Positions 1 through 9,400 of a DNA stretch of 26,469 nucleotides are shown piece after piece. This stretch comes from a virus (lineage: Duplodnaviria > Caudoviricetes): positions 1 to 26,469 of the IMG/VR virus record IMGVR_UViG_3300048592_000249; one strand, 5' to 3'. The position numbers were made by a program, and so were the translations under genes. How positions within the stretch are numbered: the stretch's first letter is position 1; every line of letters begins with the position of its first letter. Below the pieces are notes generated by a model that saw only the letters and a program-made list of their open reading frames with translations, did not search any database and was not told where the DNA came from.

Positions 1-277
1 ATGCTCTACAACTGCTCCTCGCTGCAGTCGCTGCCTGCTGGCATGACGTTGGGCGCGGTGACCAACGCGAGCAGCATGCTCTACGGCTGCTCCTCGCTGC
101 AGTCGCTGCCTGCTGGCATGACGTTGGGCGCGGTGACCAACGCGAGCAGCATGCTCTACAACTGCTCCTCGCTGCAGTCGCTGCCTGCTGGCATGACGTT
201 GGGCGCGGTGACCAACGCGAGCAGCATGCTCTACGGCTGCGCCTCGCTGCAGTCGCTGCCAGCTGGCATGACGTTGG
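1..277 (+). repeat. Tandem 75-bp coding repeat, about 3.7 copies visible
   Basis: Units start at 1, 76, 151 and 226. Units 1-3 are identical except codon 4, which alternates AAC/GGC. Confidence 0.95.
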
Positions 278-522
278 CGGCATGCACAACGACGACGAGC
301 GCATTTAGCGGATGTACGTCCCTGCAAGCGGCCGATGGCATGGCAATCCCCGAATCTTTCTCCATCGCCTCATGCAACTTCGACGCCGCGGCACTGGATG
401 CGCTCTATACCGCATTGCCAACGGTTACTGGCAAGACCCTCACTGTGACCGGCAACCCAGGCACTAGCGGCGACACCCCATCTATCGCGACGGCCAAGGG
501 CTGGACCGTTGCCGGGAGTTGA
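1..522 (+). CDS. C-terminal part (5' truncated by the window) of a leucine-rich 25-aa-repeat protein, BspA/DUF285-like
   Basis: Repeats MLY(N/G)CSSLQSLPAGMTLGAVTNASS, followed by the cap ...LDALYTALPTVTGKTLTVTGNPG...IATAKGWTV seen in phage LRR-type proteins. Confidence 0.75.
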   Translation: MLYNCSSLQSLPAGMTLGAVTNASSMLYGCSSLQSLPAGMTLGAVTNASSMLYNCSSLQSLPAGMTLGAVTNASSMLYGCASLQSLPAGMTLAACTTTTSAFSGCTSLQAADGMAIPESFSIASCNFDAAALDALYTALPTVTGKTLTVTGNPGTSGDTPSIATAKGWTVAGS

Positions 523-525
523 GAT

Positions 526-996
526 ATGCCATTCTTCAAGCGCGAGCGCGACACAATCATCACGGCGGGCAGTGTCTACGGCCCAGGCCACACGCTCACC
601 GAGGACGACCACGCTGCGCACACCTACCCGGTCGACGGCTGGTGGTGGGCGCCTGATCTGGACGCCGCTATTCCGCTGCTGCAAACATCCGTCGATGTCG
701 TGCCGTTCCGGTTCGGGGCGGCTGCGATCTTGGCAAGCGGGATGCTCGGCCCCGACGTCAAAACGCCGTCGCAGATGGACGCCGCTATCGAGGCCATCAT
801 CCAGGCCCTGCCGCCCGAGGTGATGCCCGACACGCATAAGCCAGTGGCGATCCTGTCGTGGCACCGTGCGCCGGAGATCCACCGCGACAATCCGCTAGTG
901 GCCATCATCGCCGCTGTCAAGGGGATGGATGAGAAATCGGTCGATGCGTTGTTCGGAGCGGCGCGAGCGATGCAGGCGGCAGAACTCGCCGGGTAA
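526..996 (+). CDS. Hypothetical phage protein (156 aa)
   Basis: ATG 3 nt after the upstream stop. N-terminal HTYPVDGWWW motif; C-terminal W..A..I.R..PL...G.....D.LF motif familiar from phage proteins near fibre genes. Confidence 0.75.
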   Translation: MPFFKRERDTIITAGSVYGPGHTLTEDDHAAHTYPVDGWWWAPDLDAAIPLLQTSVDVVPFRFGAAAILASGMLGPDVKTPSQMDAAIEAIIQALPPEVMPDTHKPVAILSWHRAPEIHRDNPLVAIIAAVKGMDEKSVDALFGAARAMQAAELAG

Positions 997-1002
997 TCCC
1001 CC

Positions 1003-1359
1003 GTGACCTACGGAATCCACCCGCTCGGCACGCCGCCGGCCAGCACCGAGCTGGTGTGGGTCACCCACGCGGTTACCCCTGGCGTCGGCACGATCGCGAT
1101 CACAGGGCACGCGCCGACAGTGCGCCAGGTGTCGCGCGTCGCGACGGATGTGTGGGCCCACGTGCTGGCCAACGGGCTGACGGCCGAGCAGACGCTGGTG
1201 GCGATCCACGCGGCGCTGCCGTGGATCACCGACCTCGCCGGCCTGCACGCCCTCCTGCCCGGCGTGCCCCTCGTCGTCACGCCCACCAGCCGCACGGCCG
1301 GTAGCGTCTCGCAGTCCATCATCGAGGCCGGCGGCACGGTCACGGTCGAGCGGGTCTGA
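1003..1359 (+). CDS. Hypothetical phage protein (118 aa, start uncertain)
   Basis: Fills the gap between co-oriented genes, with GC-rich third positions. GTG start without a clear Shine-Dalgarno. Confidence 0.65.
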   Translation: MTYGIHPLGTPPASTELVWVTHAVTPGVGTIAITGHAPTVRQVSRVATDVWAHVLANGLTAEQTLVAIHAALPWITDLAGLHALLPGVPLVVTPTSRTAGSVSQSIIEAGGTVTVERV

Positions 1360-1361
1360 CC

Positions 1362-1595
1362 ATGCTCAACCATCGCTCGATCGCCACGCAGGGCGTCGGG
1401 GCAGGCCTGGGCGCGCGCGCTGCGGCGGTGCAGGGGTTCGCGGCGATTGAGTTCGGGCCGTATCCGATCCACATCGCCGCTGGTACCGGTGGATCGGGCG
1501 CTGTGTTTGTTGTGCCGGCGGACCCGGGCCGCCGGCCAAAGCGGCGCCGCCGCGAAGAGGAAGAGTTGGTCCTGCTGGGCCTACTCGTGCATTGA
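1362..1595 (+). CDS. Hypothetical phage protein (77 aa)
   Basis: ATG 2 nt after the upstream stop; ends RRRREEEELVLLGLL. Confidence 0.65.
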   Translation: MLNHRSIATQGVGAGLGARAAAVQGFAAIEFGPYPIHIAAGTGGSGAVFVVPADPGRRPKRRRREEEELVLLGLLVH

Positions 1596-1604
1596 GGACG
1601 CAAC

Positions 1605-3050
1605 ATGAATGTCTCCCTCCAGAGCCCCGCCACCCGGCGGGGTTCGTCCTTTGGGCCTGCTCACGGCGCCTCGCGCCTGTTCGACCTGGTCGTGGGCCCC
1701 TGGGCGCTCACGCCTGCCATGCTCGACGAACTGCAGGCGGTCTACTGCACGCACCTGCGTGGCGAAAAAATCGACCTGCGCGCCGTCGAGGCCAGCATCG
1801 GCCGGCCATTGGCCAATCAGCAGCGTAGTTTCGATGTGGTCGACGGCGTCGCTGTCCTGCCAGTGCAGGGTGTCATCTCGCCCAAGGCGAACCTCATGAC
1901 CCAAATCAGCGGCGGCGCCTCTGCGCAGCTGCTGCAACGAGATCTGGCCACCGCCATGGCGGACCCGCGGGTCTCGGCCATCGTGCTGGCCATCGACAGC
2001 CCCGGCGGCTCCGTCTTCGGCTCGCCCGACCTGGCCGCCCAGGTCTTCGCAGCGCGCGACACCAAGCCCATCGTCGCCCACACCGACGGCCTGATGGCCT
2101 CGGCCGCGTACTGGATCGGCAGCGCCGCTGGGGCGGTCTACAACTCCGGCCCCACCGTGATGGTGGGCTCGATCGGCGTCGTCGCCCGCCACATCAACGC
2201 CAACCGGCCCGACGTGACCGAGATCACCGCCGGGGCCTACAAGCGGATCGCCAGTGATGCCGGCCCCCTCACGGAAGAGGGCCGCGCCTACATGCAGGCG
2301 CAGGTCGACTACTACTACAGCCTGTTCGTCGATGCCGTGGCCCAGCACCGCGGCGTGTCGACCGAACAGGTGCTCTCTGACATGGCCGATGGCCGTGTCT
2401 TCATCGGCCAGCAGGCCATCGACGCGGGGCTCGTGGACGGTGTTTCCACGCTCGACGCGCTGGTGGCCCAGATGGCCGCTGACCCCGGCAGCGTGACGCG
2501 CCGCCCGGGATCTCCGAAGCGCCGCAGCGCCCGGGGCCCCCGCGCCGACGCCGATGCTGCCTCCGTGCCCGAGGCCTGCGCCGGTGACGCGCGGGTCGAA
2601 GGGAATTGCCCAGCGGTCGCCGGTGATGCGCCCGCGGATCCACCGACCACTGAAAGGACCGACATCATGCCACCGGCAGATGCCAACCTCACGCGTGAGT
2701 CTCTGGAGTGCGACCACGCGCCGCTCATGGCGGCCCTGCGCTCCGACTTCCTGGCCGAAGGTGCCGCGCAGGAGCGCGCGCGCATCGACGCCGTGCGCCA
2801 GCAGGCGCTCCCGGGCCACGAGGCCCTCATCGACCGCTTGGCCATGGATGGCCGCACCACCGGCCCCGAAGCGGCCGCCGCGGTGCTGGCCGCCGAGCGC
2901 ACCGCTCGCCAGGCCGCTGCCGCAGCCCACCAGGCCGACGCTCCAGCGCCTGCCCCGGCGGCCGCTGCCCCGTCCGATGCGCCGCGCGATGCACGCTCCA
3001 TCGCCAAGAGCGCCGTCGCGCTGCTCGACGGTATCCGCCCCACCAAGTAA
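1605..3050 (+). CDS. Head maturation protease, S49 family (lambda gpC-like), with C-terminal scaffold region
   Basis: Motifs IDSPGGSV, MASAAYWIGS, VGSIGV, GAYK, DGRVFIGQQAIDAGLVD. GAGG RBS. Lies upstream of the decoration and capsid genes. Confidence 0.93.
   Translation: MNVSLQSPATRRGSSFGPAHGASRLFDLVVGPWALTPAMLDELQAVYCTHLRGEKIDLRAVEASIGRPLANQQRSFDVVDGVAVLPVQGVISPKANLMTQISGGASAQLLQRDLATAMADPRVSAIVLAIDSPGGSVFGSPDLAAQVFAARDTKPIVAHTDGLMASAAYWIGSAAGAVYNSGPTVMVGSIGVVARHINANRPDVTEITAGAYKRIASDAGPLTEEGRAYMQAQVDYYYSLFVDAVAQHRGVSTEQVLSDMADGRVFIGQQAIDAGLVDGVSTLDALVAQMAADPGSVTRRPGSPKRRSARGPRADADAASVPEACAGDARVEGNCPAVAGDAPADPPTTERTDIMPPADANLTRESLECDHAPLMAALRSDFLAEGAAQERARIDAVRQQALPGHEALIDRLAMDGRTTGPEAAAAVLAAERTARQAAAAAHQADAPAPAPAAAAPSDAPRDARSIAKSAVALLDGIRPTK
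2667..3050 (+). CDS. Putative in-frame scaffolding protein (lambda Nu3-like, 127 aa)
   Basis: Internal in-frame ATG preceded by GAAAGGA. Ala-rich helical sequence GAAQERARIDAV. Matches the lambda C/Nu3 arrangement. Confidence 0.7.
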   Translation: MPPADANLTRESLECDHAPLMAALRSDFLAEGAAQERARIDAVRQQALPGHEALIDRLAMDGRTTGPEAAAAVLAAERTARQAAAAAHQADAPAPAPAAAAPSDAPRDARSIAKSAVALLDGIRPTK

Positions 3051-3062
3051 GGAGAACGCACC

Positions 3063-3443
3063 ATGGCTTTCATGGCGACCTTCCGCTCCGATGGCTTCAC
3101 CCCCGACCAGCTGGTCGCGGGCAACGCCCATCTGCTCTTCTCGGAGCAAATCACCCTCGTTTCCGGCCAGAACCTGACCCGCGGCGCCGTGCTCGGCAAG
3201 ATCACCGCCAGCGGCAAGTACACGCTGAGCGCGTCGGCGGCCGTTGACGGCTCGCAGACCCCGGTGGCCATCCTCGTCGACGACTGCGACGCCAGCGCCG
3301 GCGACAAGGTGACGCTGGTCTACACGCGCGGCGACTTCCAGGACGCCGGACTCACGCTGGGCGCCGGGCACACCCTGACCAGCATCGCTGCCGCGCTCAA
3401 GGACGCCGGCATCTTCATTCACCTGACCCAAGGGGGCGCCTGA
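3063..3443 (+). CDS. Head decoration protein (lambda gpD-like)
   Basis: AAGGAG RBS; GQNLTRGAVLGKITASGKY...DGSQTPVAIL motif; lies between the protease and capsid genes. Confidence 0.9.
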   Translation: MAFMATFRSDGFTPDQLVAGNAHLLFSEQITLVSGQNLTRGAVLGKITASGKYTLSASAAVDGSQTPVAILVDDCDASAGDKVTLVYTRGDFQDAGLTLGAGHTLTSIAAALKDAGIFIHLTQGGA

Positions 3444-3445
3444 TC

Positions 3446-4471
3446 ATGGCCGACCTGTTCAGCACCGATACCCTGGCCGCCATCGTCGAAGACCTGCGCA
3501 TGCCGGCCAATGGCCTGGCCGGTCGCTACTTCACGAACGTCCAGACCTGCGACACCGAGGAAATCCACTTCGATGTCGACTCCAAGCCTCGCCGCATGAG
3601 CCCCTTCGTGTCGCCCCTCGTGGGCGGCAAGGTGGTGCGCAGCCGCGGCTTCGCCGCCAAGACGTTCAAGCCCGCGTACATCAAGGACAAGCGCGTTTTT
3701 CACCCGGGCCGCTCCATCAAGCGCGCCATGGGTGAGCGCGTCGGCGGTGGCCAATACAGCCCCGAAGAGCGCCTGCAGCTGCTGGTGGCCCAGGACCTGC
3801 AAGACCAGCTCGACATGCTCGAGCGCCGCATCGAGTGGATGGCCGCCCAAGCCATGCACTCAGGCGCTGTCACCATCACCGGCGAGGACTACCCCACCGT
3901 CGCGGTCGACTTCGGCCGCGACGCGGGTCTCACCGTCGTCAAGGTCGGTGGCAACCGCTGGGGCCAGGCCGGCATCAAGCCACTCGATGACCTCCAGGAC
4001 TGGTCGGACACGATGGTCCAGAAGACCGGTGTGGCCATGACAGAGGTCGCGATGACGGTCGACGTGTGGAAGATCTTCCGCGCCGATTCGGACGTGAAAG
4101 ACCGCCTGGCCCGCTGGCGCGGCAACAGCACCATGCAGACCGACGCGCACCAGCGCGAGGGCCTCGTGTTCCAGGGCATGGTCGACCAGTTCGCGATCTA
4201 CACGTACAGCGGTTGGGTGGTCGACCCGTTGACCGACATCGAGGGCTCCATCCTGCCGGCGGGCACCGTCATCGGTGCGGCTGGCCCGGCCTACGTCGAG
4301 GGCACCCGCCACTTCGGCGCCATCCTCGATGTCGACAGCCTGCAAGCGGTGGAGTATTTCACCAAGAGCTGGGTCGAGCAGGATCCGTCGTTGCGCTACC
4401 TGCTCATGCAGTCCGCGCCGCTGTTGGTCCCCGAACGCGTGAACGCCACGTTCCGCGCCACCGTCCTCTGA
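3446..4471 (+). CDS. Major capsid protein (lambda gpE family)
   Basis: 341 aa with SPFVSP, FKPAYIKDK, RRIEWMAAQ, VDFGRD and LLMQSAPL motifs. Confidence 0.95.
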   Translation: MADLFSTDTLAAIVEDLRMPANGLAGRYFTNVQTCDTEEIHFDVDSKPRRMSPFVSPLVGGKVVRSRGFAAKTFKPAYIKDKRVFHPGRSIKRAMGERVGGGQYSPEERLQLLVAQDLQDQLDMLERRIEWMAAQAMHSGAVTITGEDYPTVAVDFGRDAGLTVVKVGGNRWGQAGIKPLDDLQDWSDTMVQKTGVAMTEVAMTVDVWKIFRADSDVKDRLARWRGNSTMQTDAHQREGLVFQGMVDQFAIYTYSGWVVDPLTDIEGSILPAGTVIGAAGPAYVEGTRHFGAILDVDSLQAVEYFTKSWVEQDPSLRYLLMQSAPLLVPERVNATFRATVL

Positions 4472-4484
4472 CCGGAGCCTGGAC

Positions 4485-4715
4485 ATGGCCAAGACCGCAA
4501 GACCCGCCGCGCCCGGCCTGGTGTGCGTGCAGATGCGCTGCTCCGTGGTGCTGGGCAGTGCAGATGCGCCGCAGACTTACCACGCAGGCAGCCAGGCCAG
4601 CGTGGAACAGGCAGATGCGCAGCGCCTGATCGACCTGGGCGCGGCCATCCGCGTCGACGCCGACGAACCGTCCGCTACCGCGGAGTCCGCCGCGGCCGGC
4701 GAGGTGGCGCAGTGA
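4485..4715 (+). CDS. Small head-associated protein (gpFI position)
   Basis: GGAG RBS; directly follows the capsid gene; AQRLIDLGAA motif. Confidence 0.7.
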   Translation: MAKTARPAAPGLVCVQMRCSVVLGSADAPQTYHAGSQASVEQADAQRLIDLGAAIRVDADEPSATAESAAAGEVAQ

Positions 4716-5005
4716 TCGATGCCGACCTCGCCACGTTCTTCGATGTCGACGAGTTCGCGCGGGAGTTCACGAGGGCTCGCGCCGCTGCGGCCGATCTCGT
4801 GTTCCCGGGCATCCTCGGCGTCGTCGATGAGCATGTCTTCGACTCGCACGCCACCGTGACCATGCGTCGCCTGCGGTTCGCCGCGGCGCACGATGTCCAG
4901 GCCGGCGACACCATCACCGATGGGGTCTCGTCCTGGCTCGTCGAGCGGGTGGAACTGCGCGTCGAGGGTAGCGAGGCCGAAGCTGTCTTGGTGATCTCAG
5001 CATGA
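4712..5005 (+). CDS. Head-tail joining protein (gpFII-like, 97 aa)
   Basis: GTG overlaps the upstream TGA, with a GAGG RBS. DLATFFDVDEFA...GDTIT beta-rich pattern. The upstream ATG at 4523 in the ORF track is not used. Confidence 0.75.
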   Translation: MIDADLATFFDVDEFAREFTRARAAAADLVFPGILGVVDEHVFDSHATVTMRRLRFAAAHDVQAGDTITDGVSSWLVERVELRVEGSEAEAVLVISA

Positions 5006-5436
5006 CCCAAAGCACCCGCTACACCATCGGGCAGGCGCTGTTTGGCGTGGTCTCGTCTGTGGCCACGGCCAACAGCGCGGCGGCGGTCTTCAATCCGCCG
5101 CTGCCGCTGGCCAGGCCGCAGTCGAGTCGCACGCTGTTCTTGCTCGATCGTGGCGACCGCCTTCTCGAGCAGCCGCAGCAGCGAGAGAAGCGGCGCTGTC
5201 GCTTCGTGCTCGGCGCGCTGGTGTCGACGACAGACGCGCACGCGGAGGTCGACGAGCTGCACTTCGCCGCCCGTATGGCCATCCAGGCGCTGTGCAGCAA
5301 AGACCTCGCCGAGGAGGCGCACACCGTGCGCGAAACCGAGGTCGAGCCCGAACTGCGCGACTCCGGTGCCAGCGGCGCGCTGCTGCTCAGCGCCTATGAG
5401 ATCGACTATCGCCAGGTCTACCCGGCCGTGCCCTGA
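5002..5436 (+). CDS. Putative tail terminator/completion protein
   Basis: ATGA overlap with the upstream gene; 144 aa; immediately before the tail tube gene; ends YEIDY. Confidence 0.65.
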   Translation: MTQSTRYTIGQALFGVVSSVATANSAAAVFNPPLPLARPQSSRTLFLLDRGDRLLEQPQQREKRRCRFVLGALVSTTDAHAEVDELHFAARMAIQALCSKDLAEEAHTVRETEVEPELRDSGASGALLLSAYEIDYRQVYPAVP

Positions 5437-5466
5437 CCCCTTCCTTCCCTTTTTCAAGGAACCATC

Positions 5467-6222
5467 ATGTCTCTGTCCAATGCACAGGGTTTCATCGGCG
5501 CGTTCGACGTGCTGATGGCCCCCATCGCCAGCAATGGCGACCTGGGTCTAATGAAGAACGTGGGCAACTGCACCAAGTTCTCGATCAAGCCAAACTCGAC
5601 GATCAAGGAGCAGAAGTCGCGCCGGCGCGACACCTACGGCCAGATCCTCGAGACCGTGGCGCTGCAGGAGCCCGGTGAACTGAGCGTCACGCTCGAAACC
5701 GTCAACCGCGACAACCTGCGCTACTGCGTCATGGGTGAAGATGCCACCTACACCCAGACCGGTGCGACCGTCGTCGACGAGGTCGTGGTCATGCGCCTGG
5801 ACGGCTGGGTCCAGCTCGCCGCCGAGGACCTGCAGGCGACGGTGACGCTCACGCACACCAGCGGCACCCCGACCTACGTCGAGGGCACCGACTACGAGAT
5901 CAACCGCCGTACCGGCATGGTCCGTGCCATCACTGGCGGCGCCATCTCCGACGCGCAGTCCTGCAAGATCGACTATGTCAGTAACACGTTCACCGGCGCG
6001 GCCATCCGCGGCAACGTGCAGCCGCAGCTTCGCGTCTACATGAAGCTCGATGGTCTGAACAAGGTCGATGACTCGCTGTACCTGGCCGAGTTCTATGAGG
6101 TCGTGTTGACGCCGTCGGGGGAGTTCGACTTCATGAAGGACGACTGGAACTCGATCGAGCTCACCGGCAAGCTCAAGACGCCGCCGTCCAAGAGCGAGCC
6201 ATTCGTCATCCGCCAGCGCTGA
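5467..6222 (+). CDS. Major tail tube protein
   Basis: AAGGA RBS; 251 aa beta-rich protein (VGNCTKFSI...YVEGTDYEIN...IELTGK) upstream of the tape measure gene. Confidence 0.85.
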   Translation: MSLSNAQGFIGAFDVLMAPIASNGDLGLMKNVGNCTKFSIKPNSTIKEQKSRRRDTYGQILETVALQEPGELSVTLETVNRDNLRYCVMGEDATYTQTGATVVDEVVVMRLDGWVQLAAEDLQATVTLTHTSGTPTYVEGTDYEINRRTGMVRAITGGAISDAQSCKIDYVSNTFTGAAIRGNVQPQLRVYMKLDGLNKVDDSLYLAEFYEVVLTPSGEFDFMKDDWNSIELTGKLKTPPSKSEPFVIRQR

Positions 6223-6430
6223 TGCCCCGGCCCGGCTCGCGCCGGGCCCGCCCGCACAGCATGTGCCGCAGGCTGATCGCAGCTGCTGCGGCGCACATGG
6301 CAACGCAGCCGACGGCCATGCCCACAGGGGCCCAGGCTGGCCAGCGTCCAAAGAAGGCGACGGCTGCGCCGATCGCCAGAACCACCGCCGCTTGCAGCAT
6401 GCTGCAGCGGCCCGAATTCGTCGCGCGCAT
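6206..6430 (-). CDS. Possible small two-TM membrane protein, antisense within the tail operon
   Basis: Two hydrophobic segments (AAVVLAIGAAVAFF; VGMAVGCVAMCAAAAAISL). TAGGAT lies 6 nt before the ATG at 6430; an alternative ATG is at 6400. Confidence 0.4.
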   Translation of the reverse strand: MRATNSGRCSMLQAAVVLAIGAAVAFFGRWPAWAPVGMAVGCVAMCAAAAAISLRHMLCGRARREPGRGISAGG

Positions 6431-6465
6431 GGCGCGATCCTAACCCCAGCGTGGGAGCACCGGCG

Positions 6466-9400
6466 GTGACCGACCCCAAGATCCGATACGACATCGAGGC
6501 CAACGCCACGGGCGGGCAGTCCGTCCAGGCGCTGGCGGCCGATCTCGAACGGCTCGATGCGTCCATCGACCCCGCGCTGGCCGAGCGCGCCCGCGGCGTC
6601 GCTGGTGAGTTGCGCACGCTGGGCGAGCAAAAGACATCCATCGCGGAGTTCGTCCGCCTGAAGGATGCGACCGCAGCGTCGGCCGCCGCCCTGCAGCAGG
6701 CGCAAGGCGCCATCGCGGCGCACAAGCGCGAGATGGCCGCGTCGGTCGAGCCCACGCGCGCACAGATCGGGCAACTGGCCAAACTCATCGACGCGGCTCG
6801 CGCAGCCAAGACCGAGCACTCCGCCAACGCGACATCGCTCGAGATGCATCGCCGCGCGATGATCGCCGCAGGTGTCGAGACCGAGGGGCTGGCTGGAAAG
6901 AAGGTGCTGCTGACCCAGCGCGAGCGCGAGCTCGTGCAGCTCGGGCGCAGCATCACCGGCTCGTACCAGGACCAGGCCGCCGCGTCGGCCGCTTCCGCGG
7001 CGGTGCAGTCGCGATCGCACCGCCAGATCGGTGATGGCGTGCAGTCGATCTCGCAGCAACTGCAGCGGCTGCAAACCCTGTCGCTGGCGGCCATCGGCGG
7101 CAATGCGTTCACGCAGATGGCCTTCGATGTGGCCAAGACCGCCGACGCCTACAACGGCCTGGGCGCGCGCATTCGATTGGTGACCGGAGAGGGCGCGGAG
7201 TTCGCGTCGGCCTTTGAGGGCGTCTATGACGTCGCGCGCCGCACCGGTGTGGCTGCTGAGCAGACGGGCACCCTCTTCACGCGCCTGGCGCAGGCCGGCA
7301 AGCAAATCGGCTTGGGCAATCAGGAAGCGCTGGCCCTGACCGAAACCATAAACAAGGCCATCCAGGTCAGCGGTGCCAGCGCGCAGGCGTCCGACGCGGC
7401 CGTGACGCAGCTCATTCAGGGCCTGCAGGGCGGCGCGCTGCGTGGCGAGGAATTCAACTCCGTGATGGAGCAGTCGCCACGCCTGGCTCAGGCACTGGCC
7501 GACGGGCTGGGCGTGACCACGGGTGAGCTGCGCAAGATGGCGCAGGCCGGCGCCCTGACCAGCCAGGTGGTGATTGGCGCCCTGCAGGGCCAGGCCAACA
7601 TCATCGAGTCCGAGTTCTCGAAGCTGCCGCCTACGGTGGGCCGCGCGCTGTCAGCGCTGCAAACGTCGTGGCAGGAGTACATCGGCCAGACCGATCAAGC
7701 CTACGGCGTGACGGCGACCGCGGCCAAGGCCATCACGCTGGTGGCGGACAACCTGCAGGGCTTGGGTACCGCGCTGGTGGCGGCTGGCCAGGCCTGGCTT
7801 GGGTTCAGGGCGCTGGACATCGCATCGACGCTGCTCAGCCACGCCAGCGCAACCGGCGCGGCCACCGTCGCTACTGCCGCCGGCACCGCAGCGACTACGG
7901 CCAACACGGCGGCCAAGGCGGCCAACACCGCGACCATTGCGGCCAATTCCACCGCGCAGGCCGCCAACGCCGTGGCGGCGCGCGCGTCGGCTACTGCCAC
8001 AGCGGCGGCCACTGCCTCCACCGCCACGGGCGTCGCCGGCATCCTCGGGACAGTCGGACGGCTGGCCGGGGTCTTCGGGGCTGTCGGCGTGGCCGTGGCT
8101 GCGTTCGGCGGGCTCGCTGTCGACGCATTCAAGGCCGCCGGCACGTGGATTGGCGAGGGCATCGCCAAGCTGCAAGGCTATCGAGATGCCACGACCGATG
8201 TGGCGTCGCGGGAGAAGGCGCGGGCAGAAGCCGCCAAAGCCGCAAAGGCTGCGCAGGCCGAACTCGACCAGCAGACCGAGCGCGCGCGCGATGCCGCCTT
8301 GGGGCTGTCCGAGCGGTCAAAGGCACTCGTGGCCGACTTCCAGGAAATGCGCCAGAAGGGCAAGGCGACGGCGCAGGCGCTGGCGGAGCTCGCCAAGTCG
8401 CTCGACCTTGGTTCGCTGCAGGGCATCGCCGACGCCGGGGCCGCGCTCGACAAGCTGCGGGTCATCGGTGAGGCGTCGGCCGAGGACGTGCAGCGCGCCT
8501 GGGCCCTGGCGCTCAACGGGCGTGATCTGCGTGCATTCGAGACCCAGGCGCGCGCGGCATTCTCGGGCTCGGCCAATGAGGCCGAGAAACTCGGCGGCGC
8601 GATCGCGGCGATCGCTGACGAATCGTTGCGCCGCGCCGGCACCAGCGTGGAGGAATTGCGCACCGGTTTCAGTGCCGCCATGACCGGCGCGATGAACGAT
8701 ACCGACGCTTTGTCCAAGACGCTCGACGACCTGGGCATCACCGGCACGCGAGCTGGCGAGTTGCTGGCCAAGAGCCTGTCGAAGGAAATCGAGGCCGGCA
8801 AGACAGAGGCGGCGCTCAAGCAGGTCGAGCAGCGAGTGATCGAACTGACGAAGCGCTTCCCCGAGCTTGGCGCAGAAGGGGCCGCGGCCCTCGCCAAGAT
8901 CCGGGCCAAGGCCGACGAACTCAAGCCCGGCATAAGCTCCCTCGCCGAAGCGTTCAAGACGCTGGGCCTCAAGAGCCGTGAGGAGCTCACGCTGACCGCC
9001 GACACGTTCCGGCGCGCCTGGGAGGTCATTCGCGACAACAACGACGCGACCATTCAGCAAAAGATCGCCGCCTTCCAGCGCTACCACGCTGCGGCGGTCG
9101 AGGCCAACGGCGGCGTCGAATCGTCCGAGCTGAGGCTGCAGCGCCAGATCATCGAGACTCAGGCTCGCGTCAAGGGTCTGGGAGAAGAATACGTCCGCTC
9201 GATGAGCAAGGCCGAGCAGTCGACCCGCGCCGTCACCCAGGCCCTGACCGAGCAGCGCAACGCCGCCGCCGGCAGCTTCAGCGGTGACTCTGGCAAGTAC
9301 AAGCTCGACCCAAAAGGCGGCGACAAGGTCGCGGGCGACCCCTATGGTCGCACCCAGGCGCAGATCGACGCGCTGGCCGGCAACACGACGGGCGTCGACA

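Noticed and set aside
1-300. DGR template/variable repeat (AAC versus GGC differences at adenines) or CRISPR array
   Set aside because: The repeats are contiguous, in-frame and spacerless, essentially one codon alternates, and no reverse transcriptase or cas gene is in the window.
1581-7305. Long antisense ORFs (1581-3431, 2315-3307, 5548-7305, 6093-7136)
   Set aside because: Shadow frames of well-supported GC-rich structural genes, with no recognisable motifs.
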